64,000 bases of DNA from a virus (lineage: Duplodnaviria; Caudoviricetes), in the IMG/VR virus record IMGVR_UViG_3300028048_000039, positions 1 through 64,000 of that record; one strand, written 5' to 3'. Numbering within the stretch: the stretch's first letter is position 1; each line of letters begins with the position of its first letter. A program made the translations under genes and the position numbers. Below, piece by piece: positions 16,737-28,500 of this stretch. A model generated the notes under the pieces. That model had not been told where the DNA came from. It saw only the letters and a program-made list of their open reading frames with translations, and did no database searches.

Positions 16737-19700
16737 ATGGCTCAAAAAATTCTTCTTAAGAAAAGTAATGTAGTTGACAAACTGCCTACCAGTGCCGAGT
16801 TTGGCGAGGTGTTTGTCAATTATGCTTCAGGAAACGGCAAGTCCTTCCTTTCAACAAAGAAAAATGACGGTACTATCGCAACATTCCACGAAGACGCTTA
16901 TTTTAGCACTTTGAGTGGAAATGTGGCAACTTTGTCAGGAAGTGTTGTGAATAATTATTATACCAAGAGCAACATTGATGACCGTGACCAAGTAGTTGCT
17001 GCCGCATTGAATGATATAAACAGCGGTTTAACACACGTTGAAGACACATATGTTGCTTCTGCTGTTATGAGTTCATCGGCAAAGAATCCTTCAGTCACTA
17101 ATAATGTGCTTACTATCCCTACGGTAGCGGGAGAACGTGGTTACCAAGGACCACAAGGTCCAAAGGGAGATTTAGGAAATCAGGGCCCACAAGGCCCAAA
17201 GGGTGACTTGGGTAATCAGGGTCCGCAGGGTCCAAAGGGAGAACGTGGCTATCAAGGCCCACAAGGTCCAGTAGGACATCAAGGCCCACAGGGTCCAAAG
17301 GGCGACTTGGGTAATCAAGGTCCGCAGGGTCCAAAGGGAGATAGAGGTTTTCAAGGCCCACAAGGTATAGATGGTACACACGGTACTCACGGTAAGCAGG
17401 GTCCACAAGGCTCAAAGGGTGACTTGGGAAATCAAGGCCCACAGGGTCCAAAAGGAACTGACGGAACGCATGGAAAGCAGGGACCTCAAGGCCCGAAAGG
17501 AGAATTAGGAAGCCAAGGCCCACAAGGTCCGAAAGGTACTGACGGAACACACGGTACTCACGGAAAACAAGGACCACAAGGCCCGAAAGGAGATTTAGGC
17601 TATCAAGGTCCACAGGGTCCAAAGGGTACTGACGGAACTCACGGCAAACAAGGCCCACAAGGCCCACAGGGTCCACAAGGAAAAGACGGTACAAACGGAA
17701 CACACGGTAAGCAGGGTCCACAAGGCTCAAAGGGTGACTTGGGAAATCAAGGCCCACAGGGTCCAAAAGGAACTGACGGAACGCATGGAAAGCAGGGTCC
17801 ACAGGGACCTCAAGGCCCAAAGGGTGACAACGGTACTCACGGCAAGCAAGGCCCACAGGGTCCGAAAGGTGACTTGGGTAATCAGGGTCCGCAGGGTCCA
17901 AAGGGAGAATTAGGAAGTCAAGGTCCGCAAGGTCCAAAGGGTGACAGAGGTTTTCAAGGACCGAAGGCAACAACTGACGAGATAATCTCAGCACTTGGTA
18001 ATGAAAAGAATGTTGGATTATCAAGCACTTCTGGTAGTGGAAATGTTCTTAAAACTTATACAATTACACAGATAATTAATGGAACAGCGTCCACAGTAGG
18101 TACTATTGATATTCCAAAAGACCTTGTTGTGACAAGCGGTGAAGTTGTAAAGAATCCTACGGGACAACCTGCGGGTACATATCTTAAACTCACTATTGCA
18201 AATCAGGCAGAGTCTGTCTATATTAATGTAGAAGACCTCGCTGACGTTTATACAGCAGGAAGTGCTATTACTATAAGTGACACTAATGTTGTTGACGTTA
18301 AGTTACATTCAACTCCTAACGGACTTGAAAAGGTATCGGGAACAACTGGTGGTTTAAGAATTAGCCCAACCGCAACAATCAAGGCAGGTGCATTCAGTGG
18401 CGGAACAGTTAATGCAACAAGCGTTACTGCTACAGGAAATGTCGTTGGTGCAACAATCAAGGGCACAACCATCAGTGGAACAACAGTTACTGGCGGCACT
18501 ATCGGAGGAACAACCGTAAAGGGTACAACCATCAGTGGAACAACCGTTACTGGCGGTACGGTGGTAGGAACAACAGTTAGCGGAACAACCGTTAAAGCAC
18601 CAACAGTTTATGGTTCAACAGCAGTTTATTCTCCAACAGTATCGGGAACAAATGTAACCGCTACGGGTAATGTCAAAGGTAATGTGATAAGCGGTAATAC
18701 TATCTATGGTAACTTACCAAATTATTACACTAAGGATGTTATTGATGAAAATGAAGAGGTGACTTCAGCAGCATTAAATGCCTTGAATAATAATCTTAGT
18801 GCTGTTCAAGCAAGTTATGTATCTGCTGCAGTTATGAGTTCAACGGCACAGACTCCTTCTGTTACCAATAATGTTTTGACGATTCCGACTGTTGCGGGAG
18901 AACGTGGTTACCAAGGTCCACAAGGACCAAAGGGTACTAACGGTACAAACGGAACCAATGGTACTCATGGTAAGCAGGGGCCTCAAGGTCCACAGGGACC
19001 TCAGGGAGCAAATGGTTCCAACGGAACTAATGGTACCCATGGAAAACAGGGCCCACAAGGTGCTGCGGGTTCCAACGGTGCAAATGGTACGAATGGTAAG
19101 CAAGGTCCTCAGGGCGCTGCAGGCTCCAATGGAAGCAATGGTACACATGGTAAGCAAGGACCTCAAGGCCCACAAGGACCAAAGGGTACTAACGGAACTA
19201 ATGGTACTAATGGTACTCACGGAAAGCAAGGACCTCAAGGCCCTGCGGGACAAAATGCACTCAACGGAAATTATCTTCCATTGTCAGGTGGCACAATGAC
19301 AGGTAATATCTTGGAAGGCACAGCAAATGGCCATACGATTGGTAATACAACAAATGATTTCAAGGGTGTTTATGCAAGAACATTTGCATCAAATGCGGCA
19401 GGAAGTCTAACGACAAAAAGTGGAATGCAGGTAATCGCAGGTGTATCAAATGGCAGTGGTACTGCTACTACAGTAACAAGTGCTGCTACAATTATAATGA
19501 CATCTGTTGGTAACTCGACAACACTTAGAACTATGATAGCGGGTGTTGGTCCTGTAAATGGATATGCTCAGGCAGCAAATGGTTGGGTTACTGTAGGTAA
19601 CACAAGTTACAAGACAACAGTTTATGGCAATTCAGTTGAAGTTAATGGTAATGCGGGTACGATTGCAATTAAGAATACAGCAGGAAGTGCATTAGCACAA

Positions 19701-20201
19701 ACAGCAGCAGGTGCAGTAACCGTAGGAAATACAAGTTACAAGACAACTGTTCAGGGTAATGCGGTTGATGTTAATGGTGCTGCAGGTGCAGTTGCAATTA
19801 AGAATACAAATAATGCAACAGGATTTGGTATCGCTGCTAATGGTAATATCACTATTGGTGTAACAGGAAAGACGAACACTATCAATGGTTCAACTAATAC
19901 CTTAACATCAACAGGCGCAACCACGATTGGTACGACTTCCACTGCAGGTACGATTACCTTCAAGACTGCTAATGCCAATAGATGGATTATTAATGAGAGT
20001 GGTCATTTTGTTCCAAACACAACCAACAATGTAAACATCGGTGCAACGAACAAGTATGTTAATAATGCTTATATTACGACAAATAATGTAGCAAATGAGA
20101 TTGTTTCAACATCGCTTGCTGTACCGACGGCAGCACCTTCAAGTCCTGCTTCAGGTAAGGTTTACTTGTGGCTTGGTACTACTGGCCAGTTCGATGAATA
20201 G
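16737..20201 (+). CDS. Collagen-like virion fibre protein
   Basis: Two long Gly-X-Y tracts (QGPQGPKG...), [10 protein letters not shown] beta-repeats, [11 protein letters not shown] fibre motif, N-terminal FGEVFVNY module. Confidence 0.85.
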   Translation: MAQKILLKKSNVVDKLPTSAEFGEVFVNYASGNGKSFLSTKKNDGTIATFHEDAYFSTLSGNVATLSGSVVNNYYTKSNIDDRDQVVAAALNDINSGLTHVEDTYVASAVMSSSAKNPSVTNNVLTIPTVAGERGYQGPQGPKGDLGNQGPQGPKGDLGNQGPQGPKGERGYQGPQGPVGHQGPQGPKGDLGNQGPQGPKGDRGFQGPQGIDGTHGTHGKQGPQGSKGDLGNQGPQGPKGTDGTHGKQGPQGPKGELGSQGPQGPKGTDGTHGTHGKQGPQGPKGDLGYQGPQGPKGTDGTHGKQGPQGPQGPQGKDGTNGTHGKQGPQGSKGDLGNQGPQGPKGTDGTHGKQGPQGPQGPKGDNGTHGKQGPQGPKGDLGNQGPQGPKGELGSQGPQGPKGDRGFQGPKATTDEIISALGNEKNVGLSSTSGSGNVLKTYTITQIINGTASTVGTIDIPKDLVVTSGEVVKNPTGQPAGTYLKLTIANQAESVYINVEDLADVYTAGSAITISDTNVVDVKLHSTPNGLEKVSGTTGGLRISPTATIKAGAFSGGTVNATSVTATGNVVGATIKGTTISGTTVTGGTIGGTTVKGTTISGTTVTGGTVVGTTVSGTTVKAPTVYGSTAVYSPTVSGTNVTATGNVKGNVISGNTIYGNLPNYYTKDVIDENEEVTSAALNALNNNLSAVQASYVSAAVMSSTAQTPSVTNNVLTIPTVAGERGYQGPQGPKGTNGTNGTNGTHGKQGPQGPQGPQGANGSNGTNGTHGKQGPQGAAGSNGANGTNGKQGPQGAAGSNGSNGTHGKQGPQGPQGPKGTNGTNGTNGTHGKQGPQGPAGQNALNGNYLPLSGGTMTGNILEGTANGHTIGNTTNDFKGVYARTFASNAAGSLTTKSGMQVIAGVSNGSGTATTVTSAATIIMTSVGNSTTLRTMIAGVGPVNGYAQAANGWVTVGNTSYKTTVYGNSVEVNGNAGTIAIKNTAGSALAQTAAGAVTVGNTSYKTTVQGNAVDVNGAAGAVAIKNTNNATGFGIAANGNITIGVTGKTNTINGSTNTLTSTGATTIGTTSTAGTITFKTANANRWIINESGHFVPNTTNNVNIGATNKYVNNAYITTNNVANEIVSTSLAVPTAAPSSPASGKVYLWLGTTGQFDE
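17388..17797. repeat. 95-bp perfect direct repeat (17388-17482, 17703-17797) within the collagen tract
   Basis: Identical sequence CACGGTAAGCAGGGTCC...GGAAAGCAGGG at both sites. Confidence 0.85.
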
Positions 20202-20204
20202 GAA

Positions 20205-20233
20205 TTGACTTTAAAAGAAAATTTACTTATATT
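20205..20233 (+). promoter_or_regulatory. TTGACT-N17-TATATT promoter
   Basis: Exact match to the recurrent geometry; followed by hairpin GCCCCATAGT/ACTATGGGGC. Confidence 0.65.
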
Positions 20234-20306
20234 TTAAGGCAGAAAGCCCCATAGTGAAGAACTATGGGGCAAAAACCAAAATAAATTATAAAAATGTTTT
20301 TAAAGA

Positions 20307-22088
20307 ATGGCAGCACCAAAGACTGTATTTAGTAAACAAGATATTAAGACATATAAGAACTCCGCCCAACACAGGGTGGCACGTATGGCTTATGCCAAAG
20401 CCGCTTATAAAAATAAAGCAAATTACTTAAAATGGTTTGATGTTGATGGATGTTATTTCACTAAGGACAAAGAAGGCAAAGACAGTATTGTTGGTTATAC
20501 ATATGAAAATATGCGAAAGCCAACACATGCTTCAAAAAGATTAAGTTATTTAAGACTATCAGAATTAAAAAATACGGTATCAATATATATTGAAAACCAT
20601 AAGGACTATACTTTTGAAGAATGTAGTCATGAAGGTTTATGGGGTAATTATGGCAATACGTTAATTACTTTAATTGATAATGACTTTCAGTGGAGAGGAA
20701 ATACATATGCTTTATGGCGTGTAGACGAAGGGGATTTATCGGCGTTTACTAATGTTACTCATGTTGTAACAGTTTCTGTTGGTAGTCAAGAATGGGATGA
20801 TATAATCAGCACTATACCGCCACAAGATGATTATTATGGCTTCGTGGTGGCGTATTTAACAGATGATGGACTTTTTGAATATAATGATGGGAAGGCTAAC
20901 ACACGGAGGCAAAGTCAAGACTTAGTGAAGGGCTATGTTATCTCAGATATTGACGGAAGTGGTACTACTTGTGTTGATTATCAGGTATATACTGATGCAG
21001 GTTTAAATACGTTACCTGAAAGTGAGATTGTTGAAGTACATAAGGCAGCAACCAATTATATATTCTATAACGGAGATGTGAGAGGGTCTTATTATCTTCC
21101 TTCAACAATATCCCTTGATACACAGGCACCGTCAGGTACTCATACTCTTCAAACTGTAGACACTATTGCGTCAGGAAGTAGTGCGGCTTCAGTGACAAGA
21201 AGGCAAGAGTTTCAGGGTTCGGTTTCATTAACCGCCAATACTGCTCCATATAATTTTGCTTTGAATGCTTCAAATTCAGAAGGAGTTTATAATGGGCAGC
21301 ATTGGGAACCTTATAGAATATATGGACCATGTAAATTACTTAATGTTTATGCGGTTAATGACATTTCGCAGAATCCAACAACAGGCACTCAATATGGTGT
21401 ACTTGTATTTACAGAAGACTATGCCAATAAGAGTAGCAACCCAAAGACATTATATAATTTATTCGCCACAAATTCAGGTGTAACCAATACTACTGGCATT
21501 TACTTGATGTATACTGATGAAAGTGATATGACGATAGGCGGATGCCATTGGGGTGCTTGGTTACCACAGGGAATGTATTATGGCTTTCCTACAACTTATA
21601 ATGGAACTGATAAAAAAATAGTTCAAATAAATGCGTCAAAACGCCCATATAGATGGTATAATAGTACTTATACCCCTGCAGTTACTTCATATGACATAAT
21701 GATTGAAGCCGACTTCTCCTTTAGTTCATATGTATATTATGATGATGAATCACAAGTTACATTGACGGGAAACGGCACAATTGCAACAAGTACCTTCGGT
21801 GCGTGGTTCGGTGCGTCTTCTTGGGACATCCAAGATGTTCCTGCATCGAAACTAAACCTCATTGGAGAACAAACTTGTTCTCTTACAATTGATTTATCGG
21901 GATGGGGTGTTATAGGACGAAATGACGTTACACTGACATTATCTGATGATAATGGGCATGAAACATCAATAACATCTTCAATGGGATATTTTGAAAATAG
22001 CATAACCCTTGATTTGGGCAAATTGAAAAATTATGCGAGTGGAAATAAGATACACATAACTATTTCAATGGATGCAGTTGGTGAGTAA
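20307..22088 (+). CDS. Hypothetical beta-rich protein next to the fibre gene (possible receptor-binding or fibre-associated)
   Basis: 593-aa ORF, basic N-terminus, Tyr/Thr/Ser-rich; no recognised motif. Confidence 0.5.
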   Translation: MAAPKTVFSKQDIKTYKNSAQHRVARMAYAKAAYKNKANYLKWFDVDGCYFTKDKEGKDSIVGYTYENMRKPTHASKRLSYLRLSELKNTVSIYIENHKDYTFEECSHEGLWGNYGNTLITLIDNDFQWRGNTYALWRVDEGDLSAFTNVTHVVTVSVGSQEWDDIISTIPPQDDYYGFVVAYLTDDGLFEYNDGKANTRRQSQDLVKGYVISDIDGSGTTCVDYQVYTDAGLNTLPESEIVEVHKAATNYIFYNGDVRGSYYLPSTISLDTQAPSGTHTLQTVDTIASGSSAASVTRRQEFQGSVSLTANTAPYNFALNASNSEGVYNGQHWEPYRIYGPCKLLNVYAVNDISQNPTTGTQYGVLVFTEDYANKSSNPKTLYNLFATNSGVTNTTGIYLMYTDESDMTIGGCHWGAWLPQGMYYGFPTTYNGTDKKIVQINASKRPYRWYNSTYTPAVTSYDIMIEADFSFSSYVYYDDESQVTLTGNGTIATSTFGAWFGASSWDIQDVPASKLNLIGEQTCSLTIDLSGWGVIGRNDVTLTLSDDNGHETSITSSMGYFENSITLDLGKLKNYASGNKIHITISMDAVGE

Positions 22089-22104
22089 TGCTTTCTTAAA
22101 AAAG

Positions 22105-22139
22105 AAAGAACCCCGTTAGAAATAGCGGGGTTTTTCTTT
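22105..22139 (+). terminator. Intrinsic terminator
   Basis: AACCCCGTTA-GAAA-TAGCGGGGTT + T run. Confidence 0.8.
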
Positions 22140-22181
22140 ACTTTTTAATAACTAATGCCTATCTTTATCTAAAAAGACTTT

Positions 22182-22982
22182 ATGGTAAAGAAGACATTGG
22201 TTTTTCATTTTTATGTAAAGGAAGACTTCGAGAATAATGTTGCAATGAAATTTCACCTTGCCATCTTGAAGCACTATGCAAATATCTTCGATAAGGTAAT
22301 TTTCTGTATATCAGTTGATAACTTAAACGATACGGAGTTAATTGCAAGGGCGGAACGTGCAATCTTGGATTGCGGATTCAAGAAGGAAATTCAGTTTATT
22401 CCCGTAGAAAACGATATGTACAGGGAAGCGGCAACATTCAAGTCACAGATATTGGATAAATTAAAAGATATTGAAGGAATTGTCTTCTTTGGACATGTAA
22501 AAGGTGTTACCAATGTAAATACATTTAGCCATCGGGCGGAACATTTCTTAAAGTGGATATTAGCACTCTATTTTTATTCTCTTGAGTTTGCGGATGAAGC
22601 AGAATTGAAACTTGTTGGCATTTATCAAGGGCTGAGAAGGACATTCTTCGGGCCGCTTTACACACTTAGTAAGGATGTGGGGATTGGTTGGTATCCAGGA
22701 ACGTTCTTTTGGCTTAATCCAAAGAAACTCTACAATGACATTCAGGAAGGAGTTTGCAAATTGACTGAGATTGATGACAGGGATTGGGTGGAATGTCTTC
22801 CTAGTATCTATAAGTATAATGACGGTTGGGGAAGATGTACAAGCCATAATGACGTTGTTATGTATGACGGAGTGATTGACTTGTATAAAGAATGTGATTG
22901 GGATTTCATAACAAACTTCTATGGAGAAAAAGATAAGTTTTTTGATTTGTATTATAAGTTGTATAATGAAATAAAAGATTAA
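22182..22982 (+). CDS. HxKG...GTF(F/Y)W family protein, paralog 4
   Basis: LVFHFY, FFGHVKG, YPGTFFWLN, RDWVECLP, SHNDV; TTTACT-N17-TATCTT upstream. Confidence 0.65.
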   Translation: MVKKTLVFHFYVKEDFENNVAMKFHLAILKHYANIFDKVIFCISVDNLNDTELIARAERAILDCGFKKEIQFIPVENDMYREAATFKSQILDKLKDIEGIVFFGHVKGVTNVNTFSHRAEHFLKWILALYFYSLEFADEAELKLVGIYQGLRRTFFGPLYTLSKDVGIGWYPGTFFWLNPKKLYNDIQEGVCKLTEIDDRDWVECLPSIYKYNDGWGRCTSHNDVVMYDGVIDLYKECDWDFITNFYGEKDKFFDLYYKLYNEIKD

Positions 22983-22986
22983 AAAT

Positions 22987-23988
22987 ATGAAGAATAGTAT
23001 TTTAATTACAGGAGTGGCGGGACTGCTCGGCTCACGAATGGCAGATTGGCTCGTAGAAAATCATCCAGAATTTGAAATAGTAGGAATTGATAATCTGTTT
23101 GGTGGGTATATGGAGAATGTAAATCCGAAGGTTGTGTTCTACAGAAGAGAACTTTCAACTGATAGATTGACTGATATATTTGATAAACACGACTTTAAAT
23201 ATGTATTCCATTTCGCAGCATATGCGGCAGAGGGACTTTCCCCATTTATGAGAATGTTCAATGACAGAAATAATATGCTTTCAACAGATAACATTATCAA
23301 TGAGTGTATTATGCACGATGTAAAGAGATTGATTTACACATCTTCAATGAGTGTCTATGGATGGGGAGTAAAGAAAGGCGTTGTCTTTGATGAGAATGAT
23401 ACCCCTGCGCCTATTGACCCTTACGCAGTATCAAAGTATGCCTGTGAAATGAATATCAAGATTGCAGGAGAGCAACACGGGCTTGATTGGTGTATCATCC
23501 GTCCTCATAATGTTGTTGGAAGAAAGCAGAATATTTGGGATAAATATCGTAACGTATTAGGTATTTGGATGTATCAGACGCTTAACAACAAACCAATGCT
23601 TATCTATGGTGACGGTGAGCAGACAAGGGCTTTCAGTGCGATTGATGACTGCCTTCAGCCGTTTTGGAACGCTGCGACATTTGATACAGCATCAAAGGAA
23701 ATCATCAATGTGGGCGGTATCTACCCTTACACTATTAATGAAGCGGCAAAGTTGCTCTGCAGCATTACTGGCTACGACAAGATAGAACATAAGGAAGCAA
23801 GACATGAAGTGAAATATGCCGTTCCAAAACCAGACAAGTCCATTCATCTTCTTGGCTTTGAGCAGAAGACTTCTCTCGAAGACTGCCTTAAGGATATGTG
23901 GGAATGGGCAAAGGAACAGCCAAATCGTCCACAGTATAAGTGGGAGAATTATGAAATAACAAAGGGACTTTATAGTTATTGGAAGTAA
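22987..23988 (+). CDS. NAD-dependent nucleotide-sugar epimerase/dehydratase (extended SDR)
   Basis: ITGVAGLLGS, IDNL, HFAAYA, TSSMSVYG, YAVSK (YxxxK), IYGDGEQTR. Confidence 0.9.
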   Translation: MKNSILITGVAGLLGSRMADWLVENHPEFEIVGIDNLFGGYMENVNPKVVFYRRELSTDRLTDIFDKHDFKYVFHFAAYAAEGLSPFMRMFNDRNNMLSTDNIINECIMHDVKRLIYTSSMSVYGWGVKKGVVFDENDTPAPIDPYAVSKYACEMNIKIAGEQHGLDWCIIRPHNVVGRKQNIWDKYRNVLGIWMYQTLNNKPMLIYGDGEQTRAFSAIDDCLQPFWNAATFDTASKEIINVGGIYPYTINEAAKLLCSITGYDKIEHKEARHEVKYAVPKPDKSIHLLGFEQKTSLEDCLKDMWEWAKEQPNRPQYKWENYEITKGLYSYWK

Positions 23989-23993
23989 AGTAT

Positions 23994-24758
23994 ATGGAAA
24001 TTTGTAAGAATAATGTAGATATTTTTATTTGCGCACACAAGCCATTTGATTGCAGCATAACCAATAAGCAATACAAGATTATCTGTGGCCCCAACGATGA
24101 CGTTGTATCATCAAATCTTGGGGTGATAAAAATTGCTCCTGAAATATCAAATGTTGGATTTAGTGAATGGCAAAAATTTTATTATGTTTGGAAACACATG
24201 GGGCTTAAAGATTATGTGGGACTGATGCATTACAGACGAATTTTGACTTTCGGTGATGATATAAATTATTTGCCTGACTTTGATGAATTATTTGAGAAGT
24301 ATGGCATGTTGATTGGCGATGTTGTAAGAGTAAGTAGTGTATGGCAAAATTATAAAAATTGCCATAATATCAAGGACCTTCAAGATACCAAAGAAATAAT
24401 AAATCAGTATTTTCCAGAATATAATGATGCCTTTAATACGGTTATGAATAGAAACGTAATGTTTATCTGTAATAATTGTGTTATGAAGAAAGACGACTTC
24501 CTGGAATTTTGTGATTTTCTGTTCGGTGTCTTGTTCAAATTCTGTGAGAGGAACGGAATTGACCCAGCGAGTGACCAGAGTTTCTATGACTACATAGACA
24601 AGGACATCCAAAACTACTCAAAGAGGCATAAGCCAGAGGACAGCACCTTCAGGGAACAGGCCAGGATTGGAGGCTTCCTTTCAGAGCGTCTTTTTAACGT
24701 CTGGGCAGCAAAGAAAGAACTGAGAATAAAAAGTTTTAAAATAAGAGATTGTAAATGA
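23994..24758 (+). CDS. DUF4422-type glycosyltransferase
   Basis: IFICAHK, FSE...YVWKH, YVGLMHYRR, CHNIKDL, GFLSERLFNVW. Confidence 0.8.
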   Translation: MEICKNNVDIFICAHKPFDCSITNKQYKIICGPNDDVVSSNLGVIKIAPEISNVGFSEWQKFYYVWKHMGLKDYVGLMHYRRILTFGDDINYLPDFDELFEKYGMLIGDVVRVSSVWQNYKNCHNIKDLQDTKEIINQYFPEYNDAFNTVMNRNVMFICNNCVMKKDDFLEFCDFLFGVLFKFCERNGIDPASDQSFYDYIDKDIQNYSKRHKPEDSTFREQARIGGFLSERLFNVWAAKKELRIKSFKIRDCK

Positions 24759-25501
24759 AGACTGTTGTTAGTAGAACTTGTGGGCAATTAGGGAATTTCA
24801 TGTTCCAAGTAGCAACCGGGAAGGCGTATGCTGAAAAGTATGGCGCTGATTTCTTTGTTCAGATAGCAGATTCAAGACTTCATAATTCGCAATTTGATTT
24901 TATTACTAAAAGATTTCCCCAAAAGGATAAAGTTGAGGGGGGATTGTGCAGAATTATGGAAAATAGTTCTTTTCCTGAAATAATGGAAGATAGGACTATG
25001 CTTTTTAGTGGATATTTTCAAAACGAAAAAAACTTTACCTCAGAACAAGCACTGAAATGGTTTGGAATGACGGATGATGATAAGAAAAGAATTCTTGAAA
25101 AGTATGGCGATTTATCTGATTGCGTAAGTATTAGTGTTAGACACAAAAATGATTATCGTAGACTTGCTCCACGAAAGGAATGGTATGGGGCCATTTATAA
25201 TAAGTATTTTAATGGACAGCGGGTGTTTATCACAGGTGATGACATGCAGTGGATAAAAGAAAACTTAAAGGACATACCAAATGCGATATTTTCTGAAGGT
25301 GGTTGTGTCGCTGATGACCTTTATGGGTGTTCTTTATGCAAGGACCATATAACTTATAATGGAACATTTGGATGGTGGGGTGCTTATCTTGGTGAGGAAA
25401 TGCGTATGAAAGAGGGAAAAGAAACAAAAGTTATTATAAGCGGAGATTGGGGTAAAGGAAGTCCCATAAGAGATGGGTGGATAATTGATAGTTTAGATTG
25501 A
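24755..25501 (+). CDS. GT11 (alpha-1,2-fucosyltransferase-like) glycosyltransferase
   Basis: GQLGNFMFQ, GYFQNEK, SVRHKNDY, TGDD..W, NGTFGWWGAYL. Confidence 0.8.
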   Translation: MKTVVSRTCGQLGNFMFQVATGKAYAEKYGADFFVQIADSRLHNSQFDFITKRFPQKDKVEGGLCRIMENSSFPEIMEDRTMLFSGYFQNEKNFTSEQALKWFGMTDDDKKRILEKYGDLSDCVSISVRHKNDYRRLAPRKEWYGAIYNKYFNGQRVFITGDDMQWIKENLKDIPNAIFSEGGCVADDLYGCSLCKDHITYNGTFGWWGAYLGEEMRMKEGKETKVIISGDWGKGSPIRDGWIIDSLD

Positions 25502-25545
25502 CTTTAGTGCTAAAAAATTGTATATTAGAAGAAAAAATTAATTTT

Positions 25546-28500
25546 ATGAGAACATTAGTTTGTGCTATTGCAAAGTTAGAGAACCTTTATATAAGGGAAT
25601 GGGTGGAATGGTATAAGGATAAGGGCTTTACCAATGTCTGCCTTTTTGATAATAATGATATTGATGGGGAAAGATTTGAAGAAGTAATTGGTGATTATAT
25701 TGAAAGCGGATTCGTATTCTTAAAGGACTTTCGTGGAAAGGAAAGAATGCAGAAACAGGCATATCAAATGTGCTACGATGAATATGGAAAGGATTATGAT
25801 TGGATTGGCTTCTTTGATATTGACGAGTTCTTTGATACAGATAAGAAGAATGTTTCCGAGTTTCTTTCACAGCCTAAGTTCAATGGTTTTGGTTCAATTC
25901 GCCTTTGTTGGAAAAACTATACCGACAATGGACTTCTTAGGGTGGAAAACGACAATTACTCAATAAAGAGATTTACCGAACCTGTTTATTTTGATACTAT
26001 TTGCAATAGACATTCTAAGATAATGGTTCGTGGCGGACAGGATATTAAATTCTCACAAGAACCAGGTGGCGAACACGGCGTAGGAATGAATTGTAATGCC
26101 GTTGATTGCCACGGAAATGTTTATGATAACAAGAGTTTTGTTCTTAAGGAGAAGATTTGGGATGATGCGTGGCTTAACCATTATCGCTTCAAGACAATGG
26201 AAGAATACTGTGTTCTCAAAATGAAGAGGCTTTACCCTTGTGTTGATGCCGCCGAAGCCAAGAGGATGTTGAGGAAGAAAGACTTCTTTGAGTACAATGA
26301 ATGGACTCCTGAGAAGGATAAGATGTACCACGAGTTGATGGGAGACGAATCAAACGCAGTTGTTTGTTGTATATTGAACTACAAACACGATGACGGTGCA
26401 AAGTTTTGGTATGATAGATGCAAGACAGAATTTAAGACATATATCATTGATACAAACTACCTTGATAACGGCGGCGAATGGCCATTTGATAAGAACGACC
26501 CTAATATCTTAAAGGAGCACAACCTTTATTATGGCGGCAGTGTCTTGAAATCATATGAGTTGCTGAAGAAAAACAACGGACAATGGTTGTTGACTATTAC
26601 TTCGGATGTGAAGTGTGATGCAGGAAATTCTCAAAGATTTGGCTATGTAATACAAGATATAATTAATAGGAAGGATATTGGCGTGTGGGACCCAAGTGCA
26701 GCACAAGGCTCGATGTGTAATGGTTCTACTCAAATAATATTATCCAATGTGCATCAATATAATCATAATTTTGGCGTTAGGGAAGTGAGATGTGGCGAAG
26801 GATGGCTCGAACTTGTCAGAGGCGATGTTTGTGATGAGTTGCTTCCTAAGTTGAATTATGACGACAATAAATTAGGATGGGGTATAAATGATGCGTTTAA
26901 TAGGATTTCAAGAAAAAAAGGGCTGAAGGTTGTTATTGACGATAGGCTTATAGTATTCCACCCAGGCGGCACGGCATATTCTCAGCAAGAAGCATCAAAG
27001 GAGTATGAAAGGTTGAAGTTGCGGTTTGCTGAATTTGGTATTACAGAACCCGAAGACAAGAAGGCGGAAGAAATCAAAACACTTATCTGCTGTATTGGAA
27101 AGAATGAGAATCGTTATGTAAGGGAATATGTTGAATGGTACAAGAAGATTGGCGTTACAAAGATTAGAATTTATGACAATAACGACCCTGATGGAGAACG
27201 TTTTGAAGACGTAATTGGAGATTATGTGAAAGATGGCTTTGTTGAAATTGTAGATTATAGGGGAAAGAAAGATTGTCAGCACGATGCTTATAATATCTGC
27301 TATGAAGAAGAAAAGAACAACTATGACTGGATACTTTTCATTGATTGTGGTGACGAATACCTCAGCTTTGTGCATACAAAGACCATTGGAGAATATCTTG
27401 CAATGCCACAGTTCGTTAATTTTGACATTATTCACATTAATCTTATGACATTTGGTGATTGTGGAAAGATTCATTATGAAGATAAACCATTGGCAGAAAG
27501 ATTCCCTAGTCCAATACCATTCGACACAAAGATAGCGTATGATTTCCCTGAAAATTGCCACGTTTCTTCAATAGTAAGAGGTGGAAAGGAAAAGGTTATC
27601 TTCAGTAAGGTAAGCGGCTGGAGCCATACTCCAAGTCCAACAACCCTTAGGTGTTGTAATGATGTGGGAATCACAGTAGATGGCAATTCCCCTGTTCAGA
27701 ATGTTGATTTCCAACTTGCGTTTTTCCGTCATTATACTACGAAGACGGCAGAAGAGTATTGCGACAAGATGAGAAGAGGATTCCCAGACCAAGAGTGGGA
27801 TGGTTCGAGAGTACAGAACCTCATTGAAACAAGATTTTTCAGAACCAATGAGATTACAAAGGAAAAAGTAGAAGTCTTTAAGGAGAAACTAGGTATTGAC
27901 ATGTCTTATCTCCTCCCACACGTCTTTGATGGCGAAAAGAATAAGGACGTGAAGATTTATACCCTTTGTTATGCAAAGAAAAACTTCCAGTTCCTTGACG
28001 ACGAAGTTGTAACTCCGCTTCAGGTTGGTGCAGCTAATGGTACTGATGTGTGTGTTTTAAAGGATAACACTGGTGATAATATTTCAGATAAAAACTATTT
28101 CTACATTGAGAATACTGGTACATATTGGATTTGGAAGAACGTTCATGATTGTAAATACAAGGGTCAGATGCAGTACAGAAGACCACTTCAAGGAGTTGAC
28201 GGAAAAATGGACTTTGAGGACATCTTCAGTAAGTATGATGTCATTACTTGTGAGCCATTCTATCATCCTGACCATAAGAAGCCAACTGAGACCGAAAAAT
28301 TGGTTATCGTTGCTGATACGGTAGAGCAAGGTTATGCTTTCAGTAATTGTGTTGATGACCTCTACGTTCTTGAAATGGTGATTAAGATGTTCCACCCTGA
28401 TTATGCCGAGGATTACGACAAGTACATCAAGAACGGTCCAAACCTTTATTATTCTAGTGGCTATATTATGAGAAGTGAGGATTATGATAGGTATTGTGAA

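Noticed and set aside
17130-17960. Regular short repeats as a CRISPR array
   Set aside because: Repeats are codon-phased collagen units with synonymous variation; no unique spacers and no cas genes
17119-19299. Minus-strand and alternative-frame ORFs within the first collagen gene
   Set aside because: Same repeat-shadow artefact
22987-23988. Assignment as UDP-xylose synthase, which would fit the Ser-Gly/proteoglycan analogy
   Set aside because: It has TSSMSVYG and YAVSK rather than the STSEVYG and YDEGK signature, so substrate cannot be assigned from motifs
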